From Octopus vulgaris (taxonomy: Eukaryota): a stretch of 64,000 bases of DNA. Shown here one piece after another: positions 13,240 through 28,355 of this stretch. Location of the stretch: the NCBI GenBank assembly GCA_951406725.2, contig OX597841.1:1488001-1552000 (forward strand), in the 5' to 3' direction. The notes below the pieces were generated by a model that was given only the letters and a program-made list of their open reading frames with translations, was not told where the DNA came from and did not search any database. Position 1 is the stretch's first letter, and each line of letters begins with the position of its first letter. A program made the translations under genes and the position numbers.

Positions 13240-16055
13240 AATCCAAACGGGAAACAAAAAAACAACAACAAGGGAACAATTACAGTATTATTATTAATAG
13301 GCGCTCAGGAAATGGAAGCAGGGAGGTATGACGTTTCGAGCGGAGCTCTTCGTCGGAAACATAAAGAAGGAAGAGAGAGGAAAGAAAGATCCCGGAGCGG
13401 GCAACGGAGATAGAGAAAAAAACGGCTGGTGTTAGCAGAAGCACATGGTGAAAGGCGGATGTTTACGATAACAAGAGCAAAGTGGGTTTTTAAAGGCAAA
13501 AGAGTGGAGACAAGGTTGGTAACGCAACAGATGTGTGTGTATGTGTGAGTGTGTGCGTGTGCGTGTGTGTATGTGTGTGTGTGAGGCGAGGTAAAAAAAC
13601 AAAAAATATATGTATGTGTTAGTGTGTGCGTCTGTGTGTAGGCGTGTGAGGTAGGGCGAGACGGTGGTCAGCATAGCAGCAGCATAGCAGACAAAGGTCA
13701 GTAGTGAGAAAAGGGAGGAAGGAGGAAGGGAGGGAGGGGAAGGGGTGGGGGCGTATGTAGCGTGCCAGCGTGTGTTGAGTAGTAATGTGTGTGTGTGTCC
13801 AGTGTCGTGGTAGTATTAGTGGCGAGTAGATTGAATGTGTGTAAGAGTGAGGTATATGTTTAAGCAATGTGTGTATATGTGTGCGCGTGTGTGTAACGAA
13901 AAAAGGGGGGGTTTAGGAAAAGGACTCCAGCGGAGGGGAAGATGGAGGAGTGGTCCCGCGGAGACGGGCGTGGGAAAACCCAACGACAAGCGACATCCCA
14001 GGAACGGGCGGGAGGTCTCGTCGGATCCAAGGGCGAGGTGCATGCGGGCGCATGCGTGCGCGAACCGGCGCAAACGCGTGTGTGCGCGAGCCTGCGAGTG
14101 TGCGCGTACGTATGTGTGCGTGTGGATGTGTGAGTGTGTCTGTGTGTATGTCTGGGTGGCAGTGTGTCCGATGAATGTATGTGAGTATGTGTGTATTTAT
14201 GTGTGTGCATAGATGTATGTCCGTGTGTGTGTGTGTGTGTGTATGTGTGTATGAGTGTGTATGTATGTACGTGTGGGTGTGTGTGAAGTGTGTGTATGTG
14301 CATGTGTGTGCGCGAACATACAGGTGTGTGAGTGAGTGCGTGTGTGTGTATGTATGTGTGAGTGTGTATGTATGTGTGTGTAGGATGCATATATATATGT
14401 GTGTGTGTGTGTGTCTATATATATATATGTGTGTGTGGGGGTAGGTGTACATATAGATATATAAATGATTATGTGTACATATATGTATTTATCTTTGTGT
14501 ATGTGTGTGTGTGTATATATATATATCCATTTCATGAACCTCTTTTTTGTACTCAATATAACGGTTTTAGGAAGAATTTTTAGATGCTGCACACGCAATT
14601 GTTGACAAAACTCCACTGATCGTCGATTATATAAAATAACAAAATGCATCAACTGATGTTGTGAAATTTCTTACACGCATAAATTATTGAATACTTAATA
14701 TTAATCGTTTATCTAAATGTCGACATTGAACATTAATTAATTGTACCACTGATGAAAGTGAATGAGATAAAAGGGGACAAGATTCTAAAAACCGATAGAT
14801 GGAGAAATTAAGGAATTGTTAGGATCTCTTCGGTTTGACCGGCAGTTTTTTTCTAGCGGTGCCATATGAAATGGTGAAACTGTCACCCATATTTATGACC
14901 CTAGTATCGATCTATTGCATTTCAATCTGCTATCTTTCTTAGAGTTGTGAAGTGATGGTGCCGTCCTGACGCAGCAAATAGGGTGAGATAGACTGATAGA
15001 AAGAGAAAGACAGAGAAAGCAAAAGAGAGAGAGAGAGAGAGACGGAGATGTATTCCTGATGTGATGTTTCTTGAGTTCATTTAGTCTTCCATTCCTCCTT
15101 GGAAAAAATTTAAAAAACAAGGGAAGCGGTTGATTACATTAAAGTACCAGTTATATATTAGGGCAGAATAGTTCATTCAGTTTGTTTAACTTTATACTTT
15201 ATGCTTCTTCCAAAAATAATTTGCCCCACCTTCCATCCACTGATCTCCCTCTAGCATTATTATTTCTCTCCATCTCCGTTCACGCCTTCCTTCCCACCAT
15301 GGCCACCACTGTGAATTACCCTACCACTGTGATCCACTGTCACGAACCCTTCTTCCGTCATAAACACAAGTGTCAGAGTCATTGAAACAATGTGGCCAGC
15401 TCTTGCACGACCATGACCACCTTCCTGATGCCATCAACTACCCACCACAACCACTGCCACCACCACTACCACCACTACCCCACCACCACCACCACAACCA
15501 CCACCACCACCACCACCACCACCACCACCACAACTCACCACCACAACCACCACCACTACCACCACCACAACCACCACCACCACCACCACACCACCACCAC
15601 CACCAACGCAATCCTTCAACACTTCCACAATCTCAGTTTAAATTTTCACCATATCGTTCCCCACCATGCCAGTCACCAAAGAAGCAAATCCTAATTTCTG
15701 TTCTTACATCTCCTCTGATTGGAATCTTTATAAGGACAACAGACAACAGAATCGGTAGAGCGTCCCACTAATATATCGTGTGTTATTCAGTTATGTTCAG
15801 TTATGTGGGTGACCTCAATGAAAGAGTTAGGATAAAATTAGTAGCAGTTATATACTGGGATTGATGAAATCAAATGCATTAAATATGTTGGAAATTAACA
15901 TATTAATTAAAATGTAGTAATTAAACAAATTACAACAGACTTAACATGAGAATTAATTAAATTGTTGTTTCTTGTTCTTTCTATGGCCACATGTATAAAT
16001 ATGTGTGCGTGGAGATATAAATATTTATATATATATATGTATATATATATGTATG

Positions 16056-16103
<48 letters not shown>

Positions 16104-16182
16104 ATATAGGTATATTATACATTTGTTACCAATGCCAAAGAGAATTTTAGTGTGTGTATAATATATATATAAATTTATATAT

Positions 16183-16570
16183 AGGCGCAGGAGTGGCTGT
16201 GTGGTAAGTAGCTTGTTTAGCAACCACATGTTTCCGGGTTCAGTCCCATTGCGTGGCACCTTGGGCAGGTGTCTTCTACTATAGCCTCGGGCCAACCAAA
16301 GCCTTGTGAGTGGATTTGGTAGACGGAAACTGAAAGAAGCCCGTCGTATATATGTATATATATGTGTGCGTGTATGTTTGTGTTTGTCCCCCTAGCATTG
16401 CTTGACAACCAATGCTGGTGTGTTTACGTCCCCGTCACTTAGCGGTTCGGCAAAAGAGACTGATAGAATAAGTACTGGGCTTACAAAGAATAAGTCCCGG
16501 GGTCGATTTGCTCGACTAAAGGCGGTGCTCCAGCATGGCCGCAGTCAAATGACTGAAACAAGTAAAAGAG
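16183..16570 (+). mobile_element. tRNA-derived CORE-type SINE (resembles octopus OR families), full length
   Basis: A box tggctgtgtgg, B box gggttcagtccc, CORE-like ccttgggca.gt, internal TA/TG microsatellite, tail ...gactgaaacaagtaaaagag. Confidence 0.85.
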
Positions 16571-16637
16571 TATACATATATATATATAGTTGCATATGTA
16601 TACTCACACACAGGTATACACACACAGTCATATTATA

Positions 16638-16687
<50 letters not shown>

Positions 16688-17566
16688 TATAACTACATGC
16701 ACACACACTTATGCTGAAATGCATTGTGCACACATTTATATGTCTATATAGTACACTGTATATATATTCTATATACATATATATATATACTGCTATATAC
16801 AAATACCCAACTGCGTGTCTGTATTATTATATGGAACAATACTGTGATAGCCGAACCAATATATCTTTTAATCCAGTTGCTTCCAGCCCGAAATATAACA
16901 CTAGAATTTATAACGTTCATATTCTCACCTCTGACAACTATTTCTGTGCCTGTCACCGTTAAAAAACTCGTTAAAAATGCAAAGAGTTCGTTAATTACTT
17001 AACGTTAATTACTAGTTTCACTTGTATCTAAACACTTTAAAACTTCACTAGTTTTCGACTTTTTAAACACATCGCCATGTCGTGTAGGTTTTTTTTATAT
17101 ATATATATATATATTTATACACACACACATATACAGATATACAACATGTATTATATATATATATATATGTGTGTGTGTGTATTTGTCTAGTTTGTAAACA
17201 TCTAGCATGTTACTAAGCTGTGAACACAGATTTAGTGGTAAGACAGTTTCATGTCTATGTTTAGCATACAAGGAATCCACATAGTGTTCTCTCATATTGT
17301 TCACGTTTAAATAAAATTCACAGCCCTTGGACGTTTTTAAGTATACTAACCCCTATTTCAAATTGATATTATTCAATAATATTATTTAATAGTATAAACT
17401 TCTACTCTTATTATATACATAGTGGATCTTGAGTATACAAATAGATGTTTGGCTTGTACGATTAAGTTTAGGGTCCCAGTAAAATGGTTAAGCAACTATT
17501 ATAATTAGTAGCAATTTAGTATTTAATTAATATAGACCAAATGTAGGAGATGTATATATAAACAAG

Positions 17567-17788
17567 GGCAGTGAGCTCACAGAAACGTTTGCATGCCAGG
17601 TGGAATGCTTAGCAGTATTTCGCCTGTCTTTACGTTCTGAGTTCAAATTGCGCTGAGGTCGACTTTGCCTTTCATCTTTTGATGGTCGATAAATTAAGTA
17701 CCAGTTGCATACTGGGGGTCGATCTAATCTCCTGGTCCCCCATCCCCCCCCCCAAATTTCGGGCCTTGTGCCTAGAGTAGAAAAGGAT
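17567..17788 (+). mobile_element. tRNA-derived SINE, tail A subfamily
   Basis: Aligns by eye with 2597-2810 over its full length. Confidence 0.8.
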
Positions 17789-18117
17789 ATATATATAGAT
17801 AAACACAACTGTATAATTAGTTTTTCTCTGTAGTTTCACCAGAGCAGATTGTAAAGGACACATGTTATTGCATTAGGTTAGAGCGGACTGAGTCCTTGGT
17901 AACGTGTTGCCTTTCAAATATCAAATGTAGGGTCCCAAGTAATGGGGGAAAGTATGAGGAATGAATAATATAAACCTGGGTTTGTCTTAATTTTTCATAT
18001 AGGATGTATCTATTGATATATATTGTTATATTATACATACATATATATATATATATGTATGTATTTATATATTTATTTATGTATGTATTTATTTATATAC
18101 ATATATATATATGTTTG

Positions 18118-18167
<50 letters not shown>

Positions 18168-18217
18168 CGCACATACACCACACAAATATGTTTATGTGCA
18201 TGAACACATACATACAG

Positions 18218-18358
18218 ATAGATAGATTGATAGATAGATAGATATGTAGGTAGGTAGGTATGTAGATAGATAGACAGATAGATAGATATGTAGGTAGGTA
18301 GGTAGGTAGGTAGGTAGGTAGGTAGGTAGGTAGGTAGGTAGGTAGATAGACAGACAGA

Positions 18359-18390
<32 letters not shown>

Positions 18391-18560
18391 TAGATAGATA
18401 GACAGATAGATAGATAGATGGATGAATGGATAGATAGGTAGATGAGAGGTAGGTAGACAGACAGACAGATATAAATAAATAAATAGATAGATTGATAGAA
18501 AGATAATTATACAGATTAATAGGTAGGTAGATAAATAGATAGATAGATAGATAGATGGAT
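18218..18560. repeat. (GATA)n/(GGTA)n/(GACA)n tetranucleotide array
   Basis: Direct reading. Confidence 0.92.
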
Positions 18561-18616
18561 AGAGAGAAAGCGAGAGAATTTATATTGCCTGCACGTCAAT
18601 ATGTATATGTATATAC

Positions 18617-18692
<76 letters not shown>

Positions 18693-19226
18693 AAGAGTGT
18701 ATATGGATGTGATTAGTACTCAAGTACCTGGTAGTCATACATTCGTATATATTAATAGATATTGATGAATAACAGGTTCTTGGTAGATATGATAGGAGTA
18801 TGTAGAAATAAAAGTGAAATTAATCTAAAACACAAAAAAAAAAAAAACAAACACAGAAATCAAAGATGACGTTAATAGTCTGAGAGTTTATCTCTTTATC
18901 TCAAATCCCCGTTTTACCGTTATAGCCACCAAAACCATTTTTACCTAGATGGTAATTTTAACACCCATATATATATATATATTTTATTGGAAAAATCACG
19001 TTTTTCGTATTTGTGTATGTGCATTTATGATTGTAGATTGACAGAACTTGTGTGACTTACTATTTATATAAGTCGTATGGTATTTAGTTATATACGTCTT
19101 TAGATTCCAGAATGAGATGATAGGGCTCAGCTGTTTGGGCGCTTGTGGATTGGCTTTGCTCAATGGTCATTCAGCCTGTTTTGGTGACAGTGCCTTTTGG
19201 TGCTAGTGCCAAACATGCACGCACAT

Positions 19227-19285
<59 letters not shown>

Positions 19286-19553
19286 TATGTATCAATGGGC
19301 GCTCACACGCACGCGCACGCACATACACACACATGTATATATGCACAGAGGCAGACGGAAATGAGGAGAAAAGAATGAGATAGACATGTCCAGGTTGAAC
19401 ACATACAATGGCGTATAAAGCTACATCACAAATGCAGAGAACATTTCATCGATAATACCACTGCCAGAGGCAAAAACGCTGCAGGTTATATATCGCAAAT
19501 ACTCACGCATACACATAATACGCATCCACCTACCTACATACATACCTATATAT

Positions 19554-19585
<32 letters not shown>

Positions 19586-19597
19586 GGGTATGTATAT

Positions 19598-19631
<34 letters not shown>

Positions 19632-20009
19632 ATATGTATGTATGTTATGGGACAAAGGTCATCGGCCACTTGTGATGTTTCATAGAAGCATGAATGCTCT
19701 TACCTATTGGACTGGTCGATCGCTTCTTAAAGTGTGACGTTGAAAGTAATCGCCATTGTCATGTTATTTATTTTTTTTGGCGGTCGCTTACGTGTTATGT
19801 TTGATTATGTTGTTGCTGTTGTAGTTGTTGTAATGCAGTAGCTGTTGCTTGTGCTGTTGTTTTTGTTGTTGCTGTTGTCGTGGTACTTACGATGTTGTTT
19901 TTGTTGTTGTTGTTGGTGGTGGTGGTGTTGGTGGCGGTCGTTGGTCATCGACGTATCATGGGTGTGTAAAGGACATGATGATGATCGTAAACTTTTATTA
20001 AGCAGCTGC

Positions 20010-20958
<949 letters not shown>

Positions 20959-22096
20959 TTGCGGTGGGGTGCATTGAGGTGGTACTGGTAGCAAATGCAT
21001 TTGTAGTACTTCGGTTATTTGTTGCAGCGGCGTGTACTCTGCTAATATTGCTGAAATTATGATCACAATATACTCATAGTACTAGTAGCGGCGAAGCAGT
21101 AGCCGTAGTATTAGTTATTGTTGTTGTTGTTGTAGCAGTTGATAAAGGTTGTCTTTTATATTTGTTGTTTTACTCTGTTTCTTAAAGTTCTTTTCCCGTC
21201 TACTCTTTTTTTCCTTTCCCTTCTTCCCTTTTCACTTCCTCCTACTTCTTCATCCCCAACATCCTCACCGCCTTATACCTCCTCTCCTTCTTTTTTTGTC
21301 ATTGTTAACTTCAACGTTTGAGGAATAAGCACCCGTCCATGTTCATCGGCATTACAAGTATATTCTCAACGACATCCTTCAGAGAACTACTTACAGCAAT
21401 AATCACACATCCTTTCCGTCCAAACACTAACATCAAAACATGTATGTATGTATGTACGTATGCGTGTGTGTGTTTGTGTATCACTGCTTATATATACGCA
21501 TAAATACATACATGTAAATTATGCATGTATGTGTTTATTTGTGAGTGTGTTTGCGTTTCTGTGTGAAATAAGAAAAAATATTCAAAGCAAAAGGAGAAAC
21601 AACTATAATAAAAAATAAAAATTCTTTTCATCATTGTTACGTTTGTAATGGAAGTTCTAAATCAAGAAGGAACTAAGGAACTGTCGAATATATATATATA
21701 TATATATTTGTTACAAATGGAGATACAAACAAGAAAGGATGTATAAAGGAGGGAAAATAACGAAGTGGACATTTAGATAAGAGGCAAGGAAAATAGGAAA
21801 CAGAATAAGGAAACGAAAAGAGAAAAAAAAACTGATGAAGAAATAAAACTTCTGTAGAAGATGGAAAAGGGGGAAAAGGGTGATAGAAGAATCGTGGTAT
21901 AATATATATATATATATATATATGTAAAGAGAGAGAGGTGGGGTGGGGGTAATGGGTGAGCAATGAAAAGTCATGCTCGAAACGTCATTTCCATTCCTAT
22001 TTTTCCATCTAAAAAATTTTACTGAGTGTCAATCTAACATATTCACTTTGTACGTCTAATTGACTTGCGTCGTTCTTGTTTGCTTTTTCTTTTAGT

Positions 22097-22153
<57 letters not shown>

Positions 22154-22168
22154 TATATATATATATAT

Positions 22169-22203
22169 GTTTCCGACGAAGAGCTCCGCTCGAAACGTCA
22201 AAC
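22169..22203 (+). ncRNA. Minimal type-I hammerhead-like motif (core CCGACGA)
   Basis: gttt-CCGACGA-A-GAGC-tcc-GCTC-GAAA-CG-TC-aaac: stem I, stem II and UH site all present; second copy at 13326-13360 on the minus strand. Confidence 0.6.
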
Positions 22204-22297
22204 CCTCCTTCTTCCCTTCTTTCCTGAGCGTCCAATAATACTTTATTTGTTCCACATCCTTGCGTTGTTGTTTTTTTGTTTTCTTGTTTGGATTAAC

Positions 22298-22375
<78 letters not shown>

Positions 22376-22417
22376 TATGTACATATTTGCATATATATAT
22401 ATATATATATATATACG

Positions 22418-22478
<61 letters not shown>

Positions 22479-22999
22479 TTGTATATACAGAAATGTAGAT
22501 ATATGTACGCGTGTATGCAAAACAACGATGTGTGATTGTCAATTATGTGGAAAAATAGAATGAAGCAAAATAAAAATATTGGATTAAATTTTAGATTGAT
22601 AGGTGGCCATCGAAAACATAGAAATAACTTTAGCTACAGGAAAAACGACGGGCAACGTGTGTCGGGGAGGGGTTGCATATATTTGTATCAATGCGCATGT
22701 GTGTGTAAGTGTGTGTGTGTGTGTGTGTGTGGTTAGCTCACACACACACACATACATGTATGGTGACATATATTTTGTAATAAGTAAATAACTTGCACGA
22801 GAATTCCTGAACTAACATGAAAATCACTGATTATACCATAGTCCTGTATAGTCTTCACATCATTCTGTAGAACGATCATACAGTGTGTGACAGTGCTGTG
22901 CAATTCCCAAAACGGCTTATATACAGCATCTGCGTGCCCAGTTACACTTAAAAACGAAAAGGGATGACCTAGTATTATGGAAAAGTTCATTAGAGTAAA

Positions 23000-23240
23000 G
23001 GAGGCGCAATGGCTCAGTGGTTAGGGCAGCGGACTCGCGGTCGGAGGATAGCGGTTCGATTCCCTGACCGGGCGTTGTGTGTTTATTGAGTGAAAAGACC
23101 TAAAAGCTTCACGATGCTCCGGCAGGGGGTGCTGGTGACCCCTGTTGTACTCTTTCGCCACAACTTTCTCTCACTTTCTCTTCCTGTTTCTTGAGTAACG
23201 CTGAGGATATGGACTGGCGTCCCGTCCAGCTGGGGAGGAA
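23000..23240 (+). mobile_element. Third tRNA-derived SINE family
   Basis: A box tggctcagtgg, B box ggttcgattcc; head shared with the 54055 and 54387 copies. Confidence 0.75.
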
Positions 23241-24484
23241 TTCCCCCGCCACCACAGAAACCATAACTACCATCATCATCATCATCATCAGCGCCACCAG
23301 CCATCATCATCATTTTTCATGGTTGAATGATATATAGTCATGAATCTCCTGTCTAACAAAGCAACAAACATTAAAAAAAAAAAAATTACTTAAAGAAAAA
23401 TAAACTTTGGAAAACCTGGACTTTGCTAAGACCAGCCGGCCAAAAAGGATTTGGTCAGTTATGTATCATCACCATTACTACCACCATCATCATCATCATC
23501 ACCAACTGGAGAATGACCTCCCAGAAGTGTTGCGGGGGGGGGGGGGGCAATTGGCAAAGAACAGTTCTCAACCAACAACTACTGGCTAAAGAAAAAAAAC
23601 AACTCGAGACGTGATGGCTCCAGCCCAAGGGTCGCCCCCCCCCCTCCCAGGTCAAGTTTTCAGGAGCCGCCTACCCAACTTCCCTGTTCCTCCACCATCT
23701 GCACATCCTAAGGAAGAGATGGCTGAGGATGGCGGAGAGGCAGGTGGTGATTGAGGAGCAGCACTGACCTACTATCCAGCGGGTAGTTGCTAAGCAACAA
23801 CAACATCATAATCATCATCATCAGCCCACCTCCACTGCTGCCATGGTCATTGTCATCATTGCCTTCATCATCACCACCATCACTATCTTCATCATCATCA
23901 TCATTATTACCACTGCCACCATTGTCTTTACCACCACCATCATCATCAAGACCTGTCAAGGCAAATACCACTGTATTCAGCACTCTAACGATATGAGGCG
24001 TAAAGATTGCCTTTTGAAGTTAATAATACTTATTTCTTGCTAATATTAGTTTTTGCTGTTGGTTATTTGTAACTCCAGTAATTGAAAAGTCATCGTTATT
24101 ATCGCCAGTGGGATTTGGTTAGTGTGTGCTGGGTTGATGTCTGCCACTGAAGAAGCACAGAGTACTGAAATCCCATGACCTTGCAGTTACTGCACCCATA
24201 CTAGATGGTTCTTGCCTCCTATGGTATATGTCTGTCCTTTTAGCTCTGTACGTCTGTCTGAGAGGACTTCTAAAGTGTTCAGCATTCTAATGATGGATCC
24301 ACATTTAGTAAGAAAATAGTCTAATAAAGGGGCATATAAGGCCTTGACAGAAAAAAAGAAGGCTTTCTACGGTGATCGCCATAAGCTTTAAGCTTGTATA
24401 AAAATACCATTTGCATTTAGTACGATATGAAGATCATCTCCCATTGTTGAACAAAAAAAACACAATGATATATATATATATATA

Positions 24485-24870
24485 TTGGAAGGTTTGGAGA
24501 TGATGTACAGGTATTATATATTAGAAGAAATGAGGTACTCAGAAGATCGGATGGTTTATATTTACAGATATTTATTTGTATATTACATTTTTTATATATA
24601 TATCATATCACTTAGATCATTAGCGCTTTCTCCCATTCTAGTGGGGTTTTCAAATCAAACTAAGTTCCTGTGTGAGGAGATTTGACCATTTTATAGAGTT
24701 TTATAAAATGGTCAAATCTCCTCACACAGGAACTTAGTTTGATTTGAAAACCCCACTAGAATGGGAGAAAGCGCTAATGATCTAAGTGATATGATATATA
24801 TGTAAAAAATGTAATATACAAATAAATATCTGTAAATATAAACCATCCGATCTTCTGAGTACCTCATTTC

Positions 24871-24875
<5 letters not shown>
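24485..24875. mobile_element. 354-bp near-perfect fold-back (24522-24875) + one-sided tail; Penelope-like terminus with hammerhead-like fold
   Basis: Arms pair around a 6-nt loop gagttt (24696-24701); flanked by (TA)n; the end also occurs at about 63703-63727. Confidence 0.7.
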
Positions 24876-24907
<32 letters not shown>

Positions 24908-25029
24908 GAGTTTCCTTTCTGTAACAAAAATAATTTTAAAAATGCTAAATCTTCGAAGATATACACTAAAAAACATTCAGAATCAACATGTTTGAAAAAA
25001 CTAACAAAACTTAAATATAGTCCTAAATG

Positions 25030-25192
25030 TAGGCGTAGGAGTGGCTGTGTGGTAAGTAGCTTGCTTACGAACCACATGGTTTCGGGTTCAGTTCCACTGT
25101 GTGGCACCTTGGGCAAGTGTCTTCTACTATAGCCTCGGGCTGCCCAAAGCCTTGTGAGTGGATTTGGTAGACGGAAATTAAAAGAAGGCATT

Positions 25193-25223
<31 letters not shown>

Positions 25224-25427
25224 TCCCTCTCTCTCTTTCAGAGAGGCACTGAGCAGCTATACGTACACATACACACACGGCAGTAACTTCCACCTACCAA
25301 ATTCAATCACAAAGCTTCGGTCGGCTCGGGGCTATAGTGGAAGACACCTACCCAAAGTGCCACGCAGTGGGACTGAACCCGAAACCATGTGACTAGGAAG
25401 CAAGCTCCCTAACCACACAGCCATGCC

Positions 25428-25471
<44 letters not shown>

Positions 25472-25705
25472 GTGTGTGTGTGTTTGTGTATATGTTTGTG
25501 TGTCTGTGTTTGTCCCCACAACATCGCTTGACAATAGATGCTGGTGTGTTTACGTCCCCTGTAACTTAGCAGTTCGGCAAAAGAGACCAATAGAATAAGT
25601 ACTAGGCTTACGAAGAATAAGTCCTGGAGTCAGTTTGCTCGACTAAAGGCGGTGTTCCAGCATGGCCACAGTCAAATGACTAAAACAAGTAAAAGAGTAA
25701 AAGAG
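25030..25705 (+). mobile_element. CORE-type SINE with an antisense copy (about 25290-25425) nested in its central microsatellite
   Basis: Head 25030-25195 and tail about 25480-25705 on +; reverse-complement head in between. Confidence 0.78.
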
Positions 25706-26051
25706 ACCTTTATAAATGTTAGTTCTAAAATCTCTGTAAGAGACCAATGCCGTAATTATTCTGACAAGTAATGTTCATAGCCATTTTAACATAGCTGTCC
25801 ATCGAGCGGACTCTACTGTGATTATTTAACCCCAAGAGGGGTTAACGATTCACAGCTGCTTCTGATAAAATTGCGAGCATGGGAGTGAACCCCTGCCATC
25901 TCCTTGTACATCGGCTTTTTGGGTTTTTTGAGGTTTTTTTGGTGGAGGGTGGGTGTATTTAGTCCTGTGAGGTGCACTTTGGCTTTTATGTTTCATTTCA
26001 TAGTTCTTTTTTTAATTAATTAATCATACCTAATGTTCTTTTTTTTTTAAT

Positions 26052-26152
26052 TAATCATACCTAATGTTCCAATTTCTGTTGCTATTGTTTTCCACCTGCA
26101 CGCTCCACATCTTGGATATTTCAATCTCAAGATCCTCGTATTTTGGATAATT
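26052..26152 (-). mobile_element. Short R4/Dong-like RLE fragment
   Basis: KYEDLEIEISKMW motif, the same region of the RLE domain. Confidence 0.55.
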
Positions 26153-26498
26153 CATCATCATCGTCATCGTCATCATCATCATTATCATCGTCATCATCAT
26201 CATCATCGTCATCGTCATCATCGTGATCGTCAGCAATAAGGTGGAGAGTTGAGAGAATCGTTAGCTCCCTAGACGAAATGCTCGCCAAAATTCTGCCAAA
26301 GTCGACTTTGCTTTCACCTTTCTGGAGGGGAGGGGGCCAATAAAACGAGTAACAGTAGAGAACTAGGGTTAATTCAATCAACTAGTCCCCTTCCATAAAA
26401 GATTGCAGGCATTGTGCCTTTAATAGAAAGAATTATTATTTTCATTATTTTCATTGTTATGATTATCATCAACATCATCATCATCATTATCATCATCA

Positions 26499-26559
<61 letters not shown>

Positions 26560-26706
26560 TTTCACTGTTTGCTTTTTCTTGTTTGCTCTTAAATATATGT
26601 TACTTCTATATGTGTTTGTTAGATCTATATTTTTTTCTAACATGTATTGCATTTCTTTAATTCTTGCGTATTTATTTATCTAATTCTTACGTATTTATTT
26701 CTTCAG

Positions 26707-28253
26707 GACCGATCTACCCCTAGCAGTGAGAGAGCAAGATCTCAGAGTCCCGATCCCGGAAGACTCAACGAAAGCAGTCCCATTCATTCTCCAGTCAATG
26801 GGAAGGACAAGTTACCGGTTGAAACTGCAAAATCTCGAGCTTCTCAGCGCCGTTCCAGATCATGTGGTCCACATGATAAGCGCACTAGTCTTTCTTTACA
26901 AACTGCGACAGTTGAAGTCGCTGATGAGGAACAGGTTGATCTCACACCACGACAAAGCCCCGTAACGCGACCTGCACGCCTAACTATACAGGGATGTTAC
27001 AAGCCGTCTGTGAAACAACTGCAGATCGAACCTCATAGTCCAAATGGGCCCCTCACAACGGTTGAGGTGCACTTTGCTGATAATTCCAATCCTTGCTCGA
27101 CGACAAATTTTCACGAGAGCAATGAAGGATCATCGTCAAACATACCCCTTTTACAAGAAGAAAATGAACAGAATTTGGATTCTTCAGTGCTGGAACCAAG
27201 CGTCCCCAAAATTTCTCTTATAGACAAACCCCCAGTTAGGGTTTTGAACAATATCATTGTCAAACCCAAACAAAAACTGTTAACGAACAATTTCTTGTTG
27301 CCAGTTGATTCTCGCTTATCAGGGGCAATACCCAAACACAAGGGATCATCTTCATCTTCATCATCATCACAACCAAAGCTATTGGGACCCAACGACAATT
27401 CGGGTTCTTCCGAATCTTTCGTTGAGTCCATTCCGGCTAATAACTATGCTAATCTCTCTGATGACGAAAAGCTAGAAAAATGCAAACACAACAATAGCAA
27501 CTTGCCTAGGACAGATAGCGAGAAACGAATAGAGCAGGGAATTATTGATCTTAAGTTAACAGACAATGACGAGCCAGAAGAGAAAATTGACAGTACGTCA
27601 CACCTACTCGCCGAACCAGTCAATGTTGCGTCATCAAGTGGTCTTTGCATTAGCGTTGGAAGCAGCGCCAAACGAACTTCCCGGACTCGTTTAACGGTTC
27701 CAGGAAGCTTTTTGGATAACAAGAACTCTCCACCCGATCATACGCCGGATGATACGGTATTTTCGGAATTGCAAGAGCACGATGAAGACGATGACAACGA
27801 ATCAATTATCCTTAAGGTTTTAAAAGAGAACTCCCCTCGACGCTTGCCGCACTCGGGGCTGTTACGGCACTCCTCGGGCTCTGTGAAGTCTCAAAAGCGG
27901 ACAGGTTCTTCCGCCTCATTAAAAACTCCTATCACACCAAACAAACAATTTTTAAGGAGTCCGCTCGCTCGCATCGAGAGTTTTCATAGCGATGACTTTG
28001 ACATGCTGCGTTCGGATGTAGATGCCCGTTCGGAACGGGAACGCTCAGATGCGGAGAACAATAGCCCAGAAAAGGTCGAAATCAGTCCGTCGGCCTCTCA
28101 GAGCTCGGAGGCATCCGTAAACTGTATGAAAGCACCGATAGTGCCCTGCCTAACTGGAGTTTACCAAAAACAGAAGATAAAGACGCGTTCAAAGTGCAAA
28201 TGTCAGACAGTTCTTAAGGAAACTAGTTTGACTTCGGGGCGGTTGCAAGAGAG
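26707..28253 (+). CDS. Large internal coding exon (515 codons + 2 nt) of an unidentified gene; Ser/Pro/acidic-rich, probably disordered region (DRSTPSSERARSQSP...SGRLQE)
   Basis: Only long non-repetitive ORF (26647-28257). Polypyrimidine acceptor ttatttcttcag|GAC (phase 0) and donor GAG|gtaaga (phase 2); the ORF stop is inside the donor, so the frame is spliced onward. No recognisable domain. Confidence 0.88.
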
Positions 28254-28355
28254 GTAAGAATCAAAACCAAATTTTATTCCATTACACCAATGCTTACCAT
28301 TTATTTCTTTACATTACATGTATATCTGTATGTATATATATATTAGTACGTTTAA

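Noticed and set aside
15370-15771. His/Pro-rich 133-aa ORF
   Set aside because: Driven by a (CCA)n repeat; no convincing splice sites.
23000-23075. tRNA gene
   Set aside because: A and B boxes are present but there is no complete cloverleaf, and it continues into a repeated SINE body; the same applies to the other SINE heads.
24080-24450. Possible old LINE fragment or exon
   Set aside because: Unique-looking, but no sustained frame or diagnostic motif.
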